From: a virus
Taxonomy: Duplodnaviria > Caudoviricetes
Length of the DNA: 53,069 nucleotides
Direction: 5' to 3' (one strand)
IMG/VR virus record: IMGVR_UViG_3300008267_000065
Location: 1-53,069 of that record
Shown: one piece after another, positions 1-8,728 of the stretch
Numbering within the stretch: position 1 is the first letter of the stretch
How the letters are laid out: the number at the start of each line of letters is the position of its first letter
Notes under the pieces: generated by a model
What the model was told of the DNA's origin: nothing
The model's input: the letters and a program-made list of their open reading frames with translations, nothing else
The model's database searches: none
Made by a program: the position numbers and the translations under genes

Positions 1-792
1 TCTAGAATACGAAATAAAACATTAAATACAGTTGATAACTTAAGCAATTTATCTAGTTCATGTAACCTTGTCTCCTCTTCTCTAAATACTTTGTCGTCAT
101 CATATTTGACTTTTTCTAGTTCTTTGGAAGAAAAAGTTGAAATAAAAAATAGTGTTTATATACAAACAGGTTTATTTGTTTCTGGTAATGTGACACCACT
201 AGAGGATAATAAATATTCGATTGGTAGACTCGCTAATACATTATATGAAGTCGAGCAAAGATATTGGAAGAATATTTATTCTTATACCAGTTCTGCTGGT
301 TTACTTAACTCAACTAATATTGCTGTTAGTGAAACGGCATCAATTTCATCTATAGATGCAGATATTATAAATGTTGATAAAATAAAATTTAATAACTCTA
401 GTACAGATGCATTTTTGGATGACTACGAAGAGGGGGAATATACGCCATTAACAGGGTCGTATCACAGCTTTCAGTGGACAAACGTAGAAAATGTAACTGG
501 TAGATATATAAAAATTGGCAACTTGGTAACAGTTTGGATAACATTAACTGGTACTTCTGCTATAGATTTTGCCGCAGGCGCATATGTATCACTACCTATG
601 CGCGGAATTAATGAAACTGGTACAATTGTTGGAACCTGTACTCTTCATAAAGATGAATTGGCTGCTGACCGCGATTTACTTACGGTTATATTTAACAATA
701 CAATATTCGGCTCAGACCGGTTAATAATTTCTAAAGATAATAGTTATAACAGTAAATTAGTTAGTATTATAGCAAGTTACATTTCATTATAG
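1..792 (+). CDS. tail fibre-like virion protein, C-terminal part (5'-truncated)
   Basis: Frame 1 is open from base 1 (SRIRNKTLNT...), so the TTG at 91 is probably not the start. Contains 'LDDYEEGEYTP' and 'GRYIKIGNLVTV', typical of phage tail-fibre distal domains. Confidence 0.6.
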   Translation, partial: SRIRNKTLNTVDNLSNLSSSCNLVSSSLNTLSSSYLTFSSSLEEKVEIKNSVYIQTGLFVSGNVTPLEDNKYSIGRLANTLYEVEQRYWKNIYSYTSSAGLLNSTNIAVSETASISSIDADIINVDKIKFNNSSTDAFLDDYEEGEYTPLTGSYHSFQWTNVENVTGRYIKIGNLVTVWITLTGTSAIDFAAGAYVSLPMRGINETGTIVGTCTLHKDELAADRDLLTVIFNNTIFGSDRLIISKDNSYNSKLVSIIASYISL

Positions 793-802
793 GATATATA
801 AA

Positions 803-1039
803 ATGTTAGAAGAAAAAAAATATATAGATAAAATAGAATTAGTAAAAGGTTGTATCCAAGTAAGAGAAGTTACAATAGTACTTAAAGATGGAAAAAAAAT
901 AGCCTCAAACTTACACAGAACTGTTTATTCAAAAGAAGACGACATTTCGAATGCCGATCCTCTTATAAAAGCTATTGGTAATTTACTATGGAGCACTGAC
1001 TTAAATTCTTCATTTAATAGTGATAATATTTTAGAATGA
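803..1039 (+). CDS. small tail-fibre-associated protein
   Basis: 'IDKIE...IQVREVTIVLKDG...HRTV...DIS' pattern resembles small proteins that follow DDYEEG-type fibre genes; AGGA RBS upstream. Confidence 0.45.
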   Translation: MLEEKKYIDKIELVKGCIQVREVTIVLKDGKKIASNLHRTVYSKEDDISNADPLIKAIGNLLWSTDLNSSFNSDNILE

Positions 1040-1566
1040 TTCTTGGATTAGACATAAGTACCTCAATAACTGGTATAACAGTATTAGATAGTGATAACAA
1101 TGTACTTCATAATGAAGCTTTAGATCTGACAAGTAAAAAACTAGATTCTATGTTTAAGAAGGCGGCGGCGGTAAGAGACAGGCTAACACAGATAAAACAT
1201 TTGTTTAACATCAAAAATGTTTTCATAGAACAATCTCTCAATGCCTTCCGTCCTGGATTATCCAGTGCACAAGTTATCTTGACTCTTGGAAAATTTAATG
1301 GTATAGTCAGTTGGATTTGCCATGAAATTTTTGGTATGGAACCAGAATATATTGGAGCCTCTACAGCTAGAAAATCTCTAGGAATTAAGGTAGAAAAAGG
1401 CCAAAACGCAAAAGAAGTTGTATTGGCGCATATTTTAGCCCTTGACCCCGCGTTTAAGGTCGAGTATACTGCTCATGGCAACCCAAAGAAGGGAACATAT
1501 GATCGGGCGGATTCATATGTTATTGCTAAAAGCGGGTATATTCTATGTCAGAAGCAAAAAAAGTAG
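1036..1566 (+). CDS. ruvC: RuvC-like Holliday junction resolvase
   Basis: N-terminal ILGLDIS, central VFIEQ, C-terminal YDRADS acidic motif; ATGA overlap with the previous gene. Confidence 0.85.
   Translation: MILGLDISTSITGITVLDSDNNVLHNEALDLTSKKLDSMFKKAAAVRDRLTQIKHLFNIKNVFIEQSLNAFRPGLSSAQVILTLGKFNGIVSWICHEIFGMEPEYIGASTARKSLGIKVEKGQNAKEVVLAHILALDPAFKVEYTAHGNPKKGTYDRADSYVIAKSGYILCQKQKK
1442..1470 (+). promoter_or_regulatory. sigma70-type promoter inside ruvC, upstream of primase
   Basis: TTGACC-N17-TATACT. Confidence 0.6.
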
Positions 1567-2489
1567 ACATCTTAAAAGATATTTTAGGTAGCTACTCTCA
1601 AAGCGGTAATGAGTTAATTTTTAAGTGTCCTTTTTGTAATCATCACAAGAAAAAACTATCAGTAAATGTAAGTAAAAATGCGGCCAAATGTTGGGTTTGT
1701 GCTTGGTCAACTCCTAATTTAACAAGAATTATAAAAAGATTAGGAGACTATCAACAAAACCAACAGTGGAATGAGCTATGTGGTATTGTAGAAATTGCAG
1801 AATATGATAAAATATTTCAAGAATCAGAAATATTTGATGAACCAGAGCAAATTTTATCATTACCAGATGAGTTTCAAACACTGTGTACTAAAAAAAATTC
1901 ACTAACTTCATTAAAAGCTAGAAGATATCTAAAAGAAAGAGGTATAACCAGCTCAGATATCTATCGTTGGAAGCTTGGATACACAGTTTCAGGTGAATAT
2001 GAAGGCAGAATTATTGTTCCATCCTTTAATAACGATGGAAAAGTAAACTACTTTGTAGGAAGAAGATATGACGATAATCCCTGGGCAAAATATAAAAACC
2101 CAGATGTTAGTAAAGATATAGTATTTAATGAACTATATGTAGATTATTCATCTGATGTAGTTTTGGTAGAAGGTGTTTTTGATGCTATTAAAGCTGAAAA
2201 TGCTATTCCATTACTCGGAAGTACGTTAAAAGAAAATTCAAAACTATTCAAACAACTAATCAAGGAAGACCCAGCAATTTATATTGCTTTAGATCCAGAT
2301 GCAGAGCGAAAAGCTGAGAAACTTATCAAGGATTTACTAAATTATGACGCTGAGGTCTATAAAATAAACATCCCAACAAATAAAGATGTTGGTGACATGT
2401 CACATGAAGAATTTTCTTACTTTAAAAGTGAAGCTAAACTAATTAAAGACACGGATTACTTCCTGATTAATAAAATAATGAGCATTTAA
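1545..2489 (+). CDS. DNA primase (Zn finger + TOPRIM)
   Basis: CPFCNH...CWVC Zn finger, YLKERGI, GRIIVP, KYKNP, VEGVFDA, ALDPDA, KDVGD. Confidence 0.9.
   Translation: MSEAKKVDILKDILGSYSQSGNELIFKCPFCNHHKKKLSVNVSKNAAKCWVCAWSTPNLTRIIKRLGDYQQNQQWNELCGIVEIAEYDKIFQESEIFDEPEQILSLPDEFQTLCTKKNSLTSLKARRYLKERGITSSDIYRWKLGYTVSGEYEGRIIVPSFNNDGKVNYFVGRRYDDNPWAKYKNPDVSKDIVFNELYVDYSSDVVLVEGVFDAIKAENAIPLLGSTLKENSKLFKQLIKEDPAIYIALDPDAERKAEKLIKDLLNYDAEVYKINIPTNKDVGDMSHEEFSYFKSEAKLIKDTDYFLINKIMSI
2438..2445 (+). promoter_or_regulatory. candidate late-promoter motif ACTAATTA
   Basis: Recurrent motif, about 45 nt upstream of the leader-bearing ORF at 2491. Confidence 0.45.
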
Positions 2490-2490
2490 A

Positions 2491-3012
2491 ATGAAATTTA
2501 GTAAATTATATATAAAACAGTTGATAAGAGAAGAGGCAACTAACTATATCAATATGAAAAAAAAGCTAAAAAGCAGAGATGAAGGTACTAAGTTAGATGC
2601 ACTAAGAAGAGATTTAATAGATTTATTTATCAAATATAGACAAAAAAGCACAAGCCAAGTAAATGTCACATCAAGTGATGAAAAAGAAGCTTTAGATAGT
2701 GAACTAAAATTACTTAAATCTCAATATGGTTTAAATCATCTATCGTATATTAAGTTTTTTATGTTTGCTTTTCACATTTTACAAGGTAGAGTAGATCCAC
2801 AACTGTTAACATTTATAAAATCAGCCGCAAAAAGAGACGCTAGATTTGCTGGTCATCATGACAAATTAGATAATTACGGTATGTCTTCAACACCAGAAGA
2901 AGAGAAAAACAGTAATCAAATAAGAGATCCAGATCCAGACTTTATGAGAGTTCCAAAGAGCGATAATGCTGTTAGTGATCAAGAGGATCTAAGAAAATAC
3001 AGAAGAAACTAA
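2491..3012 (+). CDS. hypothetical protein with shared N-terminal leader (putative internal virion protein)
   Basis: Starts MKFSKLYIKQLIREE. Confidence 0.6.
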   Translation: MKFSKLYIKQLIREEATNYINMKKKLKSRDEGTKLDALRRDLIDLFIKYRQKSTSQVNVTSSDEKEALDSELKLLKSQYGLNHLSYIKFFMFAFHILQGRVDPQLLTFIKSAAKRDARFAGHHDKLDNYGMSSTPEEEKNSNQIRDPDPDFMRVPKSDNAVSDQEDLRKYRRN

Positions 3013-3020
3013 GGGAAAAT

Positions 3021-3347
3021 ATGAAAATTACAGAGACATACTTAAAAAAAGTAATTAAAGAAGAGTTGGAAGCATTACAAAATGAAGAAAGTTATGGTTA
3101 TCCATCTGAAGAGGAATTAAATATCCCACAGGCAAGAGAATCTGTTAGAAAAGCATTTGCAGAAATTTACAGTAAAGAACCAGAAGCTCTTGATGAATTT
3201 GTAAGAATATTTATGGATGAACCAGATCCACTAATGTATAGTATTCTTTGGGATATGTATGAAGTTGAAGAAGGATCTAAAAAATATTCTAGATTGGAAC
3301 AATTCTTTCAACCAATTTATGATTTTTTGAAAAAAAAATACCCATAG
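3021..3347 (+). CDS. acidic hypothetical protein with shared N-terminal leader
   Basis: Starts MKITETYLKKVIKEELE. Confidence 0.65.
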   Translation: MKITETYLKKVIKEELEALQNEESYGYPSEEELNIPQARESVRKAFAEIYSKEPEALDEFVRIFMDEPDPLMYSILWDMYEVEEGSKKYSRLEQFFQPIYDFLKKKYP

Positions 3348-3373
3348 ACTTTAAAAATTGATTGTTGTATACT
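3345..3373 (+). promoter_or_regulatory. sigma70-type promoter for the SbcDC fusion gene
   Basis: TAGACT-N17-TATACT. Confidence 0.55.
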
Positions 3374-3402
3374 GATCCCGCTGGTAAAAACTGGCGGGAT
3401 CA
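3373..3402 (+). terminator. GC-rich hairpin (possible terminator or processing stem)
   Basis: TGATCCCGCTGG-TAAAAA-CTGGCGGGATCA, followed by a weak U-tract (ATTATTT). Confidence 0.55.
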
Positions 3403-3418
3403 ATTATTTGGAGAATAA

Positions 3419-6400
3419 ATGAAGATCGCACACATTTCTGATACACATATTTTAAACCTTAAGAGGCACGATGAATATAACGCTATTTTTGAACAAATGT
3501 ATTCAACGTTAAAAAACGAAAACGTGGATCTTATTGTACATTGTGGCGATATTGCACATACAAAAACACACATTAGCCCTGAGTTTGTTGAAATGGCAAC
3601 AAAATTCTTGCGTTCACTAAGTGAAATTGCTCCAACTCACGTAATTCTTGGTAATCATGACGTAAATTTAAAAAATGATAATAGAACTGACGCTATTTCA
3701 CCTATCATTAACGCTATTAACTCACCAAATCTTACACTTTACAAGTATTCTGGTGAATTTGTTATTAGCGATACGCTAACCTTTAATGTATTAAGTCGTC
3801 TAGACGAAGAAAATTGGTGTAAGCCAACAGATCCATCAAAAATTAATATTGGTCTATATCATGGTGCAGTAGCTGGTTCAAAAACAGACGTTGGACACAT
3901 GATGAACGAAGGAGAACACACTATTAATGCCTTTGAGGGACACGATTATGTCTTTCTTGGTGATATTCATAAATCTAATCAACTACTGGACGAATCAGGA
4001 AAGGTTAGATACCCAGGATCTACTGTACAACAAAATTACGGGGAGACAGATGACAAGGGATTTTTAATTTGGGACATTCAGGATAAAGACAATTACACCT
4101 GTAAGCATTATTTGATCCCAAACCCAAATCCTTTTACTACAATTCAACTAGATAGTGACGGCAATTTACCAGAAGTGTCTGTAAAACAAGGTAGTCGTTT
4201 GCGAATTGTTGCAGATAGTAATATTGCACTAGATAAAATCAAGAAATCAACTGAAGTTGCTAGATCAAAGTTCTCTCCAATGTCAGTTGTATTTGTAAAT
4301 AAAGCAAATATTGCCGGTTCAGATATTGATGTAGTTTCAGATATTGTTTCAAATGATCAAAATCTTAGAGATATCAATGTACAAGAGGGATTGATCCGCG
4401 ATTATCTAAAAGATTTCAAAAGCGACGAAGAAGTAGTAGAACGTGTTGTATCATTAAACAAGAGATATAACAGTGAAATTGAAGATATTGATGAAGTATA
4501 CCGAGGGATTAATTGGAAGTTAAAATCTCTAAAGTGGGACAATCTATTTAACTATGGAGAAAACAACTCTATTAATTTTGAAAATTTAAATGGAATAGTT
4601 GGTATCTTCGGTAAAAATTATAGTGGTAAATCTTCTATTGTTGATAGCTTGCTTTATACAGTTTATAACTCTACATCCAAAAACAACCGCAAGAATCTAA
4701 ACGTTATTAATCAAAATAAAGATTCTGCAAATGGTCGAGTTGAAGTTGAAATAGATAATGAAATCTATACTATTGCTAGAAGCTCCAATAAGTACACCAA
4801 AAAATTAAAAGGTGTAACTTCGACTGAAGCAAAAACAGATGTAGAATTTAACACAAGTGGTGATAGCTTAAATGGTCTAGCAAGAAACGATACAGATAAA
4901 AATATTCGTAAGTTTTTTGGTAATGTAGATGACTTCTTTTTAACTTCCATGGCAAGTCAATTTGGTTATCTTTCTTTTATTGGTGAAGGTTCAACAAATA
5001 GAAAGGCTATTCTTGCAAAGTTTCTTGATCTTGAGCCATTTGAAAGAAAATATAAGAAAGCAAAAGAGGAAAGTGCTGAACTTAAGGCTCTTCTTAAGAA
5101 GTTAGAAGGCAAAGATTACGACCGTGATATAGCAAACGTAGAACTACAGGCAAAATCTGTAGAATATGACATTAACGCCAAAAAAGCTGAAGTAGTTAGC
5201 TTAAACAAGGAAGTAGAAGGGCTACAGCAAAAATACAACGTACTTGAGAAGGAACTAAGTAATATCCCAGTTGAAGTAATAGATATAAACAAGTGCAATA
5301 ACGATTTTAGTTATGTAACAAGTAAAAAGAAAGAACTACAAGAAAAAAATGTAGAGTTATCAGCAGAACAAGAAAAGCTTGAGTCACTAATTGTAAAAAT
5401 TGACAACTTCTTAAATTTAATTGATAAAAATAAGATAACAGAAGACGAAAAAGAGTTAGAACAACTTAGAGATTCAATGATCAGTCTTGAAAAAGAGATC
5501 TGTACCTTAGAATCAAAAATAAACGGACACAAAGTTAAGCTTAAATTACTAGAGGACATTCCCTGTGGCAATCAATTCACTAACTGTAAATTTATCAAAG
5601 ATGCATTCGAATCTAAAAATGAAATTGTGGCAGATGAAAGAAGCTATGTGGCTAATCAAAATACTTATAATAGTATTAACAATCGTTTTGACGAGATTGA
5701 TGCTGAAACTAGCGACAAAAGGAACAAGATTTCTGAAGCAAGCCGTAAAAAAGATGTTTCAAGGAACAAAATCCTAAACATTAGACTTGATATTGAGAAA
5801 AACAATCTACAAATTGAAAAAGCAGATAAACTACTAACTGAACTACAAAATAAAATCAATCTATATGAAGAAAACAGGGAAGCTATCGAAAATTACACAG
5901 ATAAAAAGACAAATTTAACTGAATATAAGAGTGAGATTGATGAAAAGCTCCGCAAAGTAAGTCAAATTGACAAAGAGGTTGTTAACCTATACAAACTTCA
6001 GGGTTCATCAGACGAAAAAATTGAATCTCTTAAGAGCAGTAAACAAAATCTTGAAGATTCAAGAAAGGAATATGCTGCTTACGATCTATTTCTATCTTGT
6101 ATGCACTCAAATGGCATCTCATATGAAATAATTAAGCAGAAGCTACCTGTAATCAACAGCGAAATTGCAAAAATACTATCAAACATAGTTGAATTTTCTA
6201 TTTTTTTGGTAAATGACGATGATAAGTTAGATATTATGATCAAACATCCAAAATATGATGCTAGACCTCTTGAAATGGGAAGCGGAGCGGAGAAAACACT
6301 AGCTTCAACAGCAATTCGCCTTGCGTTACTAAACGTAACAACATTACCACGCGGTGACATCTTTATTATGGATGAACCAGGTACTGCACTAGATGAAGAG

Positions 6401-6553
6401 AACCTTGATGGCTTTGTGAAGATCTTGGAACTAATTAAAACATACTTTAAGACTGTTATTGTTATTTCACACCTTGATAGTCTCAAAGATTGCGTAGATA
6501 TGCAGATCGTTATTGATAGAAACAAAGAAGGCTACGCACACGTAAACATCTAG
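3419..6553 (+). CDS. fused SbcD/Mre11 nuclease - SbcC/Rad50 ATPase (T4 gp47+gp46-like)
   Basis: Metallophosphoesterase motifs HISDTH, CGDI, GNHD, GDIH, YPGS. Then Walker A GKNYSGKS, a long coiled coil, signature-like GSGAE, Walker B IMDEP, ALD and ISH. Confidence 0.92.
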   Translation: MKIAHISDTHILNLKRHDEYNAIFEQMYSTLKNENVDLIVHCGDIAHTKTHISPEFVEMATKFLRSLSEIAPTHVILGNHDVNLKNDNRTDAISPIINAINSPNLTLYKYSGEFVISDTLTFNVLSRLDEENWCKPTDPSKINIGLYHGAVAGSKTDVGHMMNEGEHTINAFEGHDYVFLGDIHKSNQLLDESGKVRYPGSTVQQNYGETDDKGFLIWDIQDKDNYTCKHYLIPNPNPFTTIQLDSDGNLPEVSVKQGSRLRIVADSNIALDKIKKSTEVARSKFSPMSVVFVNKANIAGSDIDVVSDIVSNDQNLRDINVQEGLIRDYLKDFKSDEEVVERVVSLNKRYNSEIEDIDEVYRGINWKLKSLKWDNLFNYGENNSINFENLNGIVGIFGKNYSGKSSIVDSLLYTVYNSTSKNNRKNLNVINQNKDSANGRVEVEIDNEIYTIARSSNKYTKKLKGVTSTEAKTDVEFNTSGDSLNGLARNDTDKNIRKFFGNVDDFFLTSMASQFGYLSFIGEGSTNRKAILAKFLDLEPFERKYKKAKEESAELKALLKKLEGKDYDRDIANVELQAKSVEYDINAKKAEVVSLNKEVEGLQQKYNVLEKELSNIPVEVIDINKCNNDFSYVTSKKKELQEKNVELSAEQEKLESLIVKIDNFLNLIDKNKITEDEKELEQLRDSMISLEKEICTLESKINGHKVKLKLLEDIPCGNQFTNCKFIKDAFESKNEIVADERSYVANQNTYNSINNRFDEIDAETSDKRNKISEASRKKDVSRNKILNIRLDIEKNNLQIEKADKLLTELQNKINLYEENREAIENYTDKKTNLTEYKSEIDEKLRKVSQIDKEVVNLYKLQGSSDEKIESLKSSKQNLEDSRKEYAAYDLFLSCMHSNGISYEIIKQKLPVINSEIAKILSNIVEFSIFLVNDDDKLDIMIKHPKYDARPLEMGSGAEKTLASTAIRLALLNVTTLPRGDIFIMDEPGTALDEENLDGFVKILELIKTYFKTVIVISHLDSLKDCVDMQIVIDRNKEGYAHVNI
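6430..6437 (+). promoter_or_regulatory. candidate late-promoter motif ACTAATTA
   Basis: Lies within the 3' end of the SbcDC gene, upstream of the leader-bearing ORF 6563 and the membrane genes. Confidence 0.35.
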
Positions 6554-6562
6554 GAACACATC

Positions 6563-6787
6563 ATGAAAATTACAACACAATACCTAAAAAAAATAATTTC
6601 TGAGATACTAAGATTGAATAAGGATGGTGAAAAAGAAGAGTTTGGTCCACCAACTGAGATAGATGCAATTTATCACGATAGTACAAGAGATGATAACGTA
6701 AATGGTTATACAAAAGGTGGTAAAAAGCAATTTAATGTTCGTCTACTGAAAAGAAAGGAAGACGATACAATAGAAAAAATGGAGTAA
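6563..6787 (+). CDS. small hypothetical protein with shared N-terminal leader
   Basis: Starts MKITTQYLKKIISEI; AGGA RBS. Confidence 0.6.
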   Translation: MKITTQYLKKIISEILRLNKDGEKEEFGPPTEIDAIYHDSTRDDNVNGYTKGGKKQFNVRLLKRKEDDTIEKME

Positions 6788-6792
6788 CTAAT

Positions 6793-7053
6793 GTGGATGT
6801 TATTGACAACGTTAAACAAGAGATACAAGAAGAACTAGTGGAAAAAAATAATGATCGTGGTGTATTAGACATAATCACCGAAAAAGCTGTTTCAAGAAAA
6901 TTACTTGTTTGGGTTGTCTCATCCACATTTTTATGTTTAGGAAAAATAACAGCAGAAGAGTGGACAGCAATTTCCCTTGGTTATGTTGGAATCGAGGGAT
7001 TTGCTGATCTTGCTGTTAAGTGGAGAAGTTCAGGAAAATCAAATGGATTATAA
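6793..7053 (+). CDS. small membrane protein, holin-like
   Basis: GGAG RBS, GTG start; SRKLLVWVVSSTFLCLG and WTAISLGYVGIEGFAD hydrophobic segments; basic C-terminus. Confidence 0.45.
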   Translation: MDVIDNVKQEIQEELVEKNNDRGVLDIITEKAVSRKLLVWVVSSTFLCLGKITAEEWTAISLGYVGIEGFADLAVKWRSSGKSNGL

Positions 7054-7399
7054 ATCTGTTGCTAGAATAATAGGTATTGTTTTAGGTGTTGTGTTGTCGT
7101 TTGTTATATGGAATAGTCATGTAAAAAGTGAAGTAGATAGAAGAATACAGCAAGAAAGAGAAAGCGCTGCAAAACAGTTAGCAGAAAGAACGATGCAACT
7201 AGATTCAGAGAGGCTACAATCTGAGAAAATTCTAAAGGAGCAAATTGTTACTCTGCAAGCAGACAAAGAAAAATGTCAAATACAATTAGAAGAAAATAAA
7301 AAAAAGCAAGAACTGCTGGAGCTTTCAAAAAAAGATCCAAGAAAATTTAAAGATGAAATAGATAAAACGTTTGGCGTTAAAGGTAAAAGTAAAAAATGA
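7043..7399 (+). CDS. N-terminally anchored coiled-coil protein (i-spanin-like topology)
   Basis: Likely start MDYKSV (AGGA upstream); one TM segment IIGIVLGVVLSFVIW, then a coiled coil. Confidence 0.45.
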   Translation: MDYKSVARIIGIVLGVVLSFVIWNSHVKSEVDRRIQQERESAAKQLAERTMQLDSERLQSEKILKEQIVTLQADKEKCQIQLEENKKKQELLELSKKDPRKFKDEIDKTFGVKGKSKK

Positions 7400-7827
7400 A
7401 AATAGCATCATTATTAACAGTACTATTCTATATGTGTGCAATAACACCAGTAGTAGCTGAAGATAAATACGATTATGAATTAGTAAAAGCTGGTGATATT
7501 GTTTTGTATGACGGAGTACTTTTTACCAATGAAGGAATGTCAAAAGCAGTTGCCTCAACACAAGCAAAAGTTAGACTTATAGAAGTCCAAAAAATGGAAG
7601 AACTGCAGAAAGTTAAAATTGCTTTACAAAATATTATAGACACAAAAGATTCGGAAACCAGAGCAAAAGAAGAGATGTACTTGAAACAACTAGGAGTAAA
7701 GCAACAAACAATTGAAGCGCTGGTTACTGATTCACATTGGTCCAATATAAAAATAGTCAGTGGAGTTGTTATAGGTGTTGCAGCTGGTATACTGGTTGGA
7801 ATTGTTGCAACTAAATTAAGTAATTAA
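7396..7827 (+). CDS. secreted coiled-coil protein with C-terminal membrane anchor
   Basis: Signal peptide MKIASLLTVLFYMCAITPVVA; C-terminal TM IVSGVVIGVAAGILVGIVA; ATGA overlap. Confidence 0.5.
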   Translation: MKIASLLTVLFYMCAITPVVAEDKYDYELVKAGDIVLYDGVLFTNEGMSKAVASTQAKVRLIEVQKMEELQKVKIALQNIIDTKDSETRAKEEMYLKQLGVKQQTIEALVTDSHWSNIKIVSGVVIGVAAGILVGIVATKLSN

Positions 7828-7848
7828 CAGCATTTTAAACAAAAAAGT

Positions 7849-7856
7849 ACTAATTA
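7849..7856 (+). promoter_or_regulatory. candidate late-promoter motif ACTAATTA
   Basis: Intergenic, upstream of the terminase/portal operon. Confidence 0.55.
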
Positions 7857-7877
7857 GTGTATCTTAAGAGATATTAA

Positions 7878-8216
7878 ATGCAAAAAGATATAAATTATTT
7901 ACAAGCATTAGAAAAAGCCGTTAGAGAAAAATATGGCGATCTTGCCACTATGAACCCAAAACATTTTTGGGATGACAATAAAGAAAAAAGTTACATAGAA
8001 GAAACAAAATTAGTAGCAAAACGTGAATACAAATCAGACGAATCAAAAGAAAAAGTTGAAGTAGAAGGAATATTAGTTTCTAAAAAAGTTATGGGTATCT
8101 CAATAGATAGAACTTGTAAACATTGTGGAATTTACTCTTTTAGAAAAGAAGATGATGTTTACTTAAATAAGTTTAAATGCTGCTATAAATGTTATGTTTT
8201 GAAAGAGGAAAAATAA
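7878..8216 (+). CDS. hypothetical protein with C-terminal Cys4 Zn finger
   Basis: CKHC...CCYKC. Confidence 0.6.
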   Translation: MQKDINYLQALEKAVREKYGDLATMNPKHFWDDNKEKSYIEETKLVAKREYKSDESKEKVEVEGILVSKKVMGISIDRTCKHCGIYSFRKEDDVYLNKFKCCYKCYVLKEEK

Positions 8217-8717
8217 ATGGCTGATGTAATGTCGGTAGTAAATGGAATTTCACAAGCCGTAGCAAATAAGCACCATGGAAGTGGTGCAAAAATTGGTTTA
8301 CGACGAGAAACAGAAGAATTAGTACAAGGTGTTTCACTATACGATGGGCGTGTAATGGATGGATTCGGAATTCAGATCATGAACGATCATCTTATTATTA
8401 GATACAATAGTGAAGTTCCATTATGTGATATACATGATAAAAATTTTGAAACAGAGATGAGAAGAACAATGAAAGATATTTCTTCTTTTATCAAAGACGA
8501 ATACAAGAAGGTAACACGCGAAACATTACGCTTAACCGAGTATGGTGATATTGATATCTTAGTACAAACTGTCAATCGTAGAACTGGTCTTGTAACTGCA
8601 TCTCAAAAATATGAGATAGGTAACTTAAAAGATATCAAGGTTCAAAAGAAGATGGAAGCTGAAGAAGCTGAATTTGAGGATATTGCCAAACGTTGGTATA
8701 TGAATGTTAGAAAATAA
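8217..8717 (+). CDS. hypothetical protein upstream of terminase
   Basis: GAGG RBS; abuts the previous stop codon. Confidence 0.6.
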   Translation: MADVMSVVNGISQAVANKHHGSGAKIGLRRETEELVQGVSLYDGRVMDGFGIQIMNDHLIIRYNSEVPLCDIHDKNFETEMRRTMKDISSFIKDEYKKVTRETLRLTEYGDIDILVQTVNRRTGLVTASQKYEIGNLKDIKVQKKMEAEEAEFEDIAKRWYMNVRK

Positions 8718-8728
8718 GAGAGTTTTAA

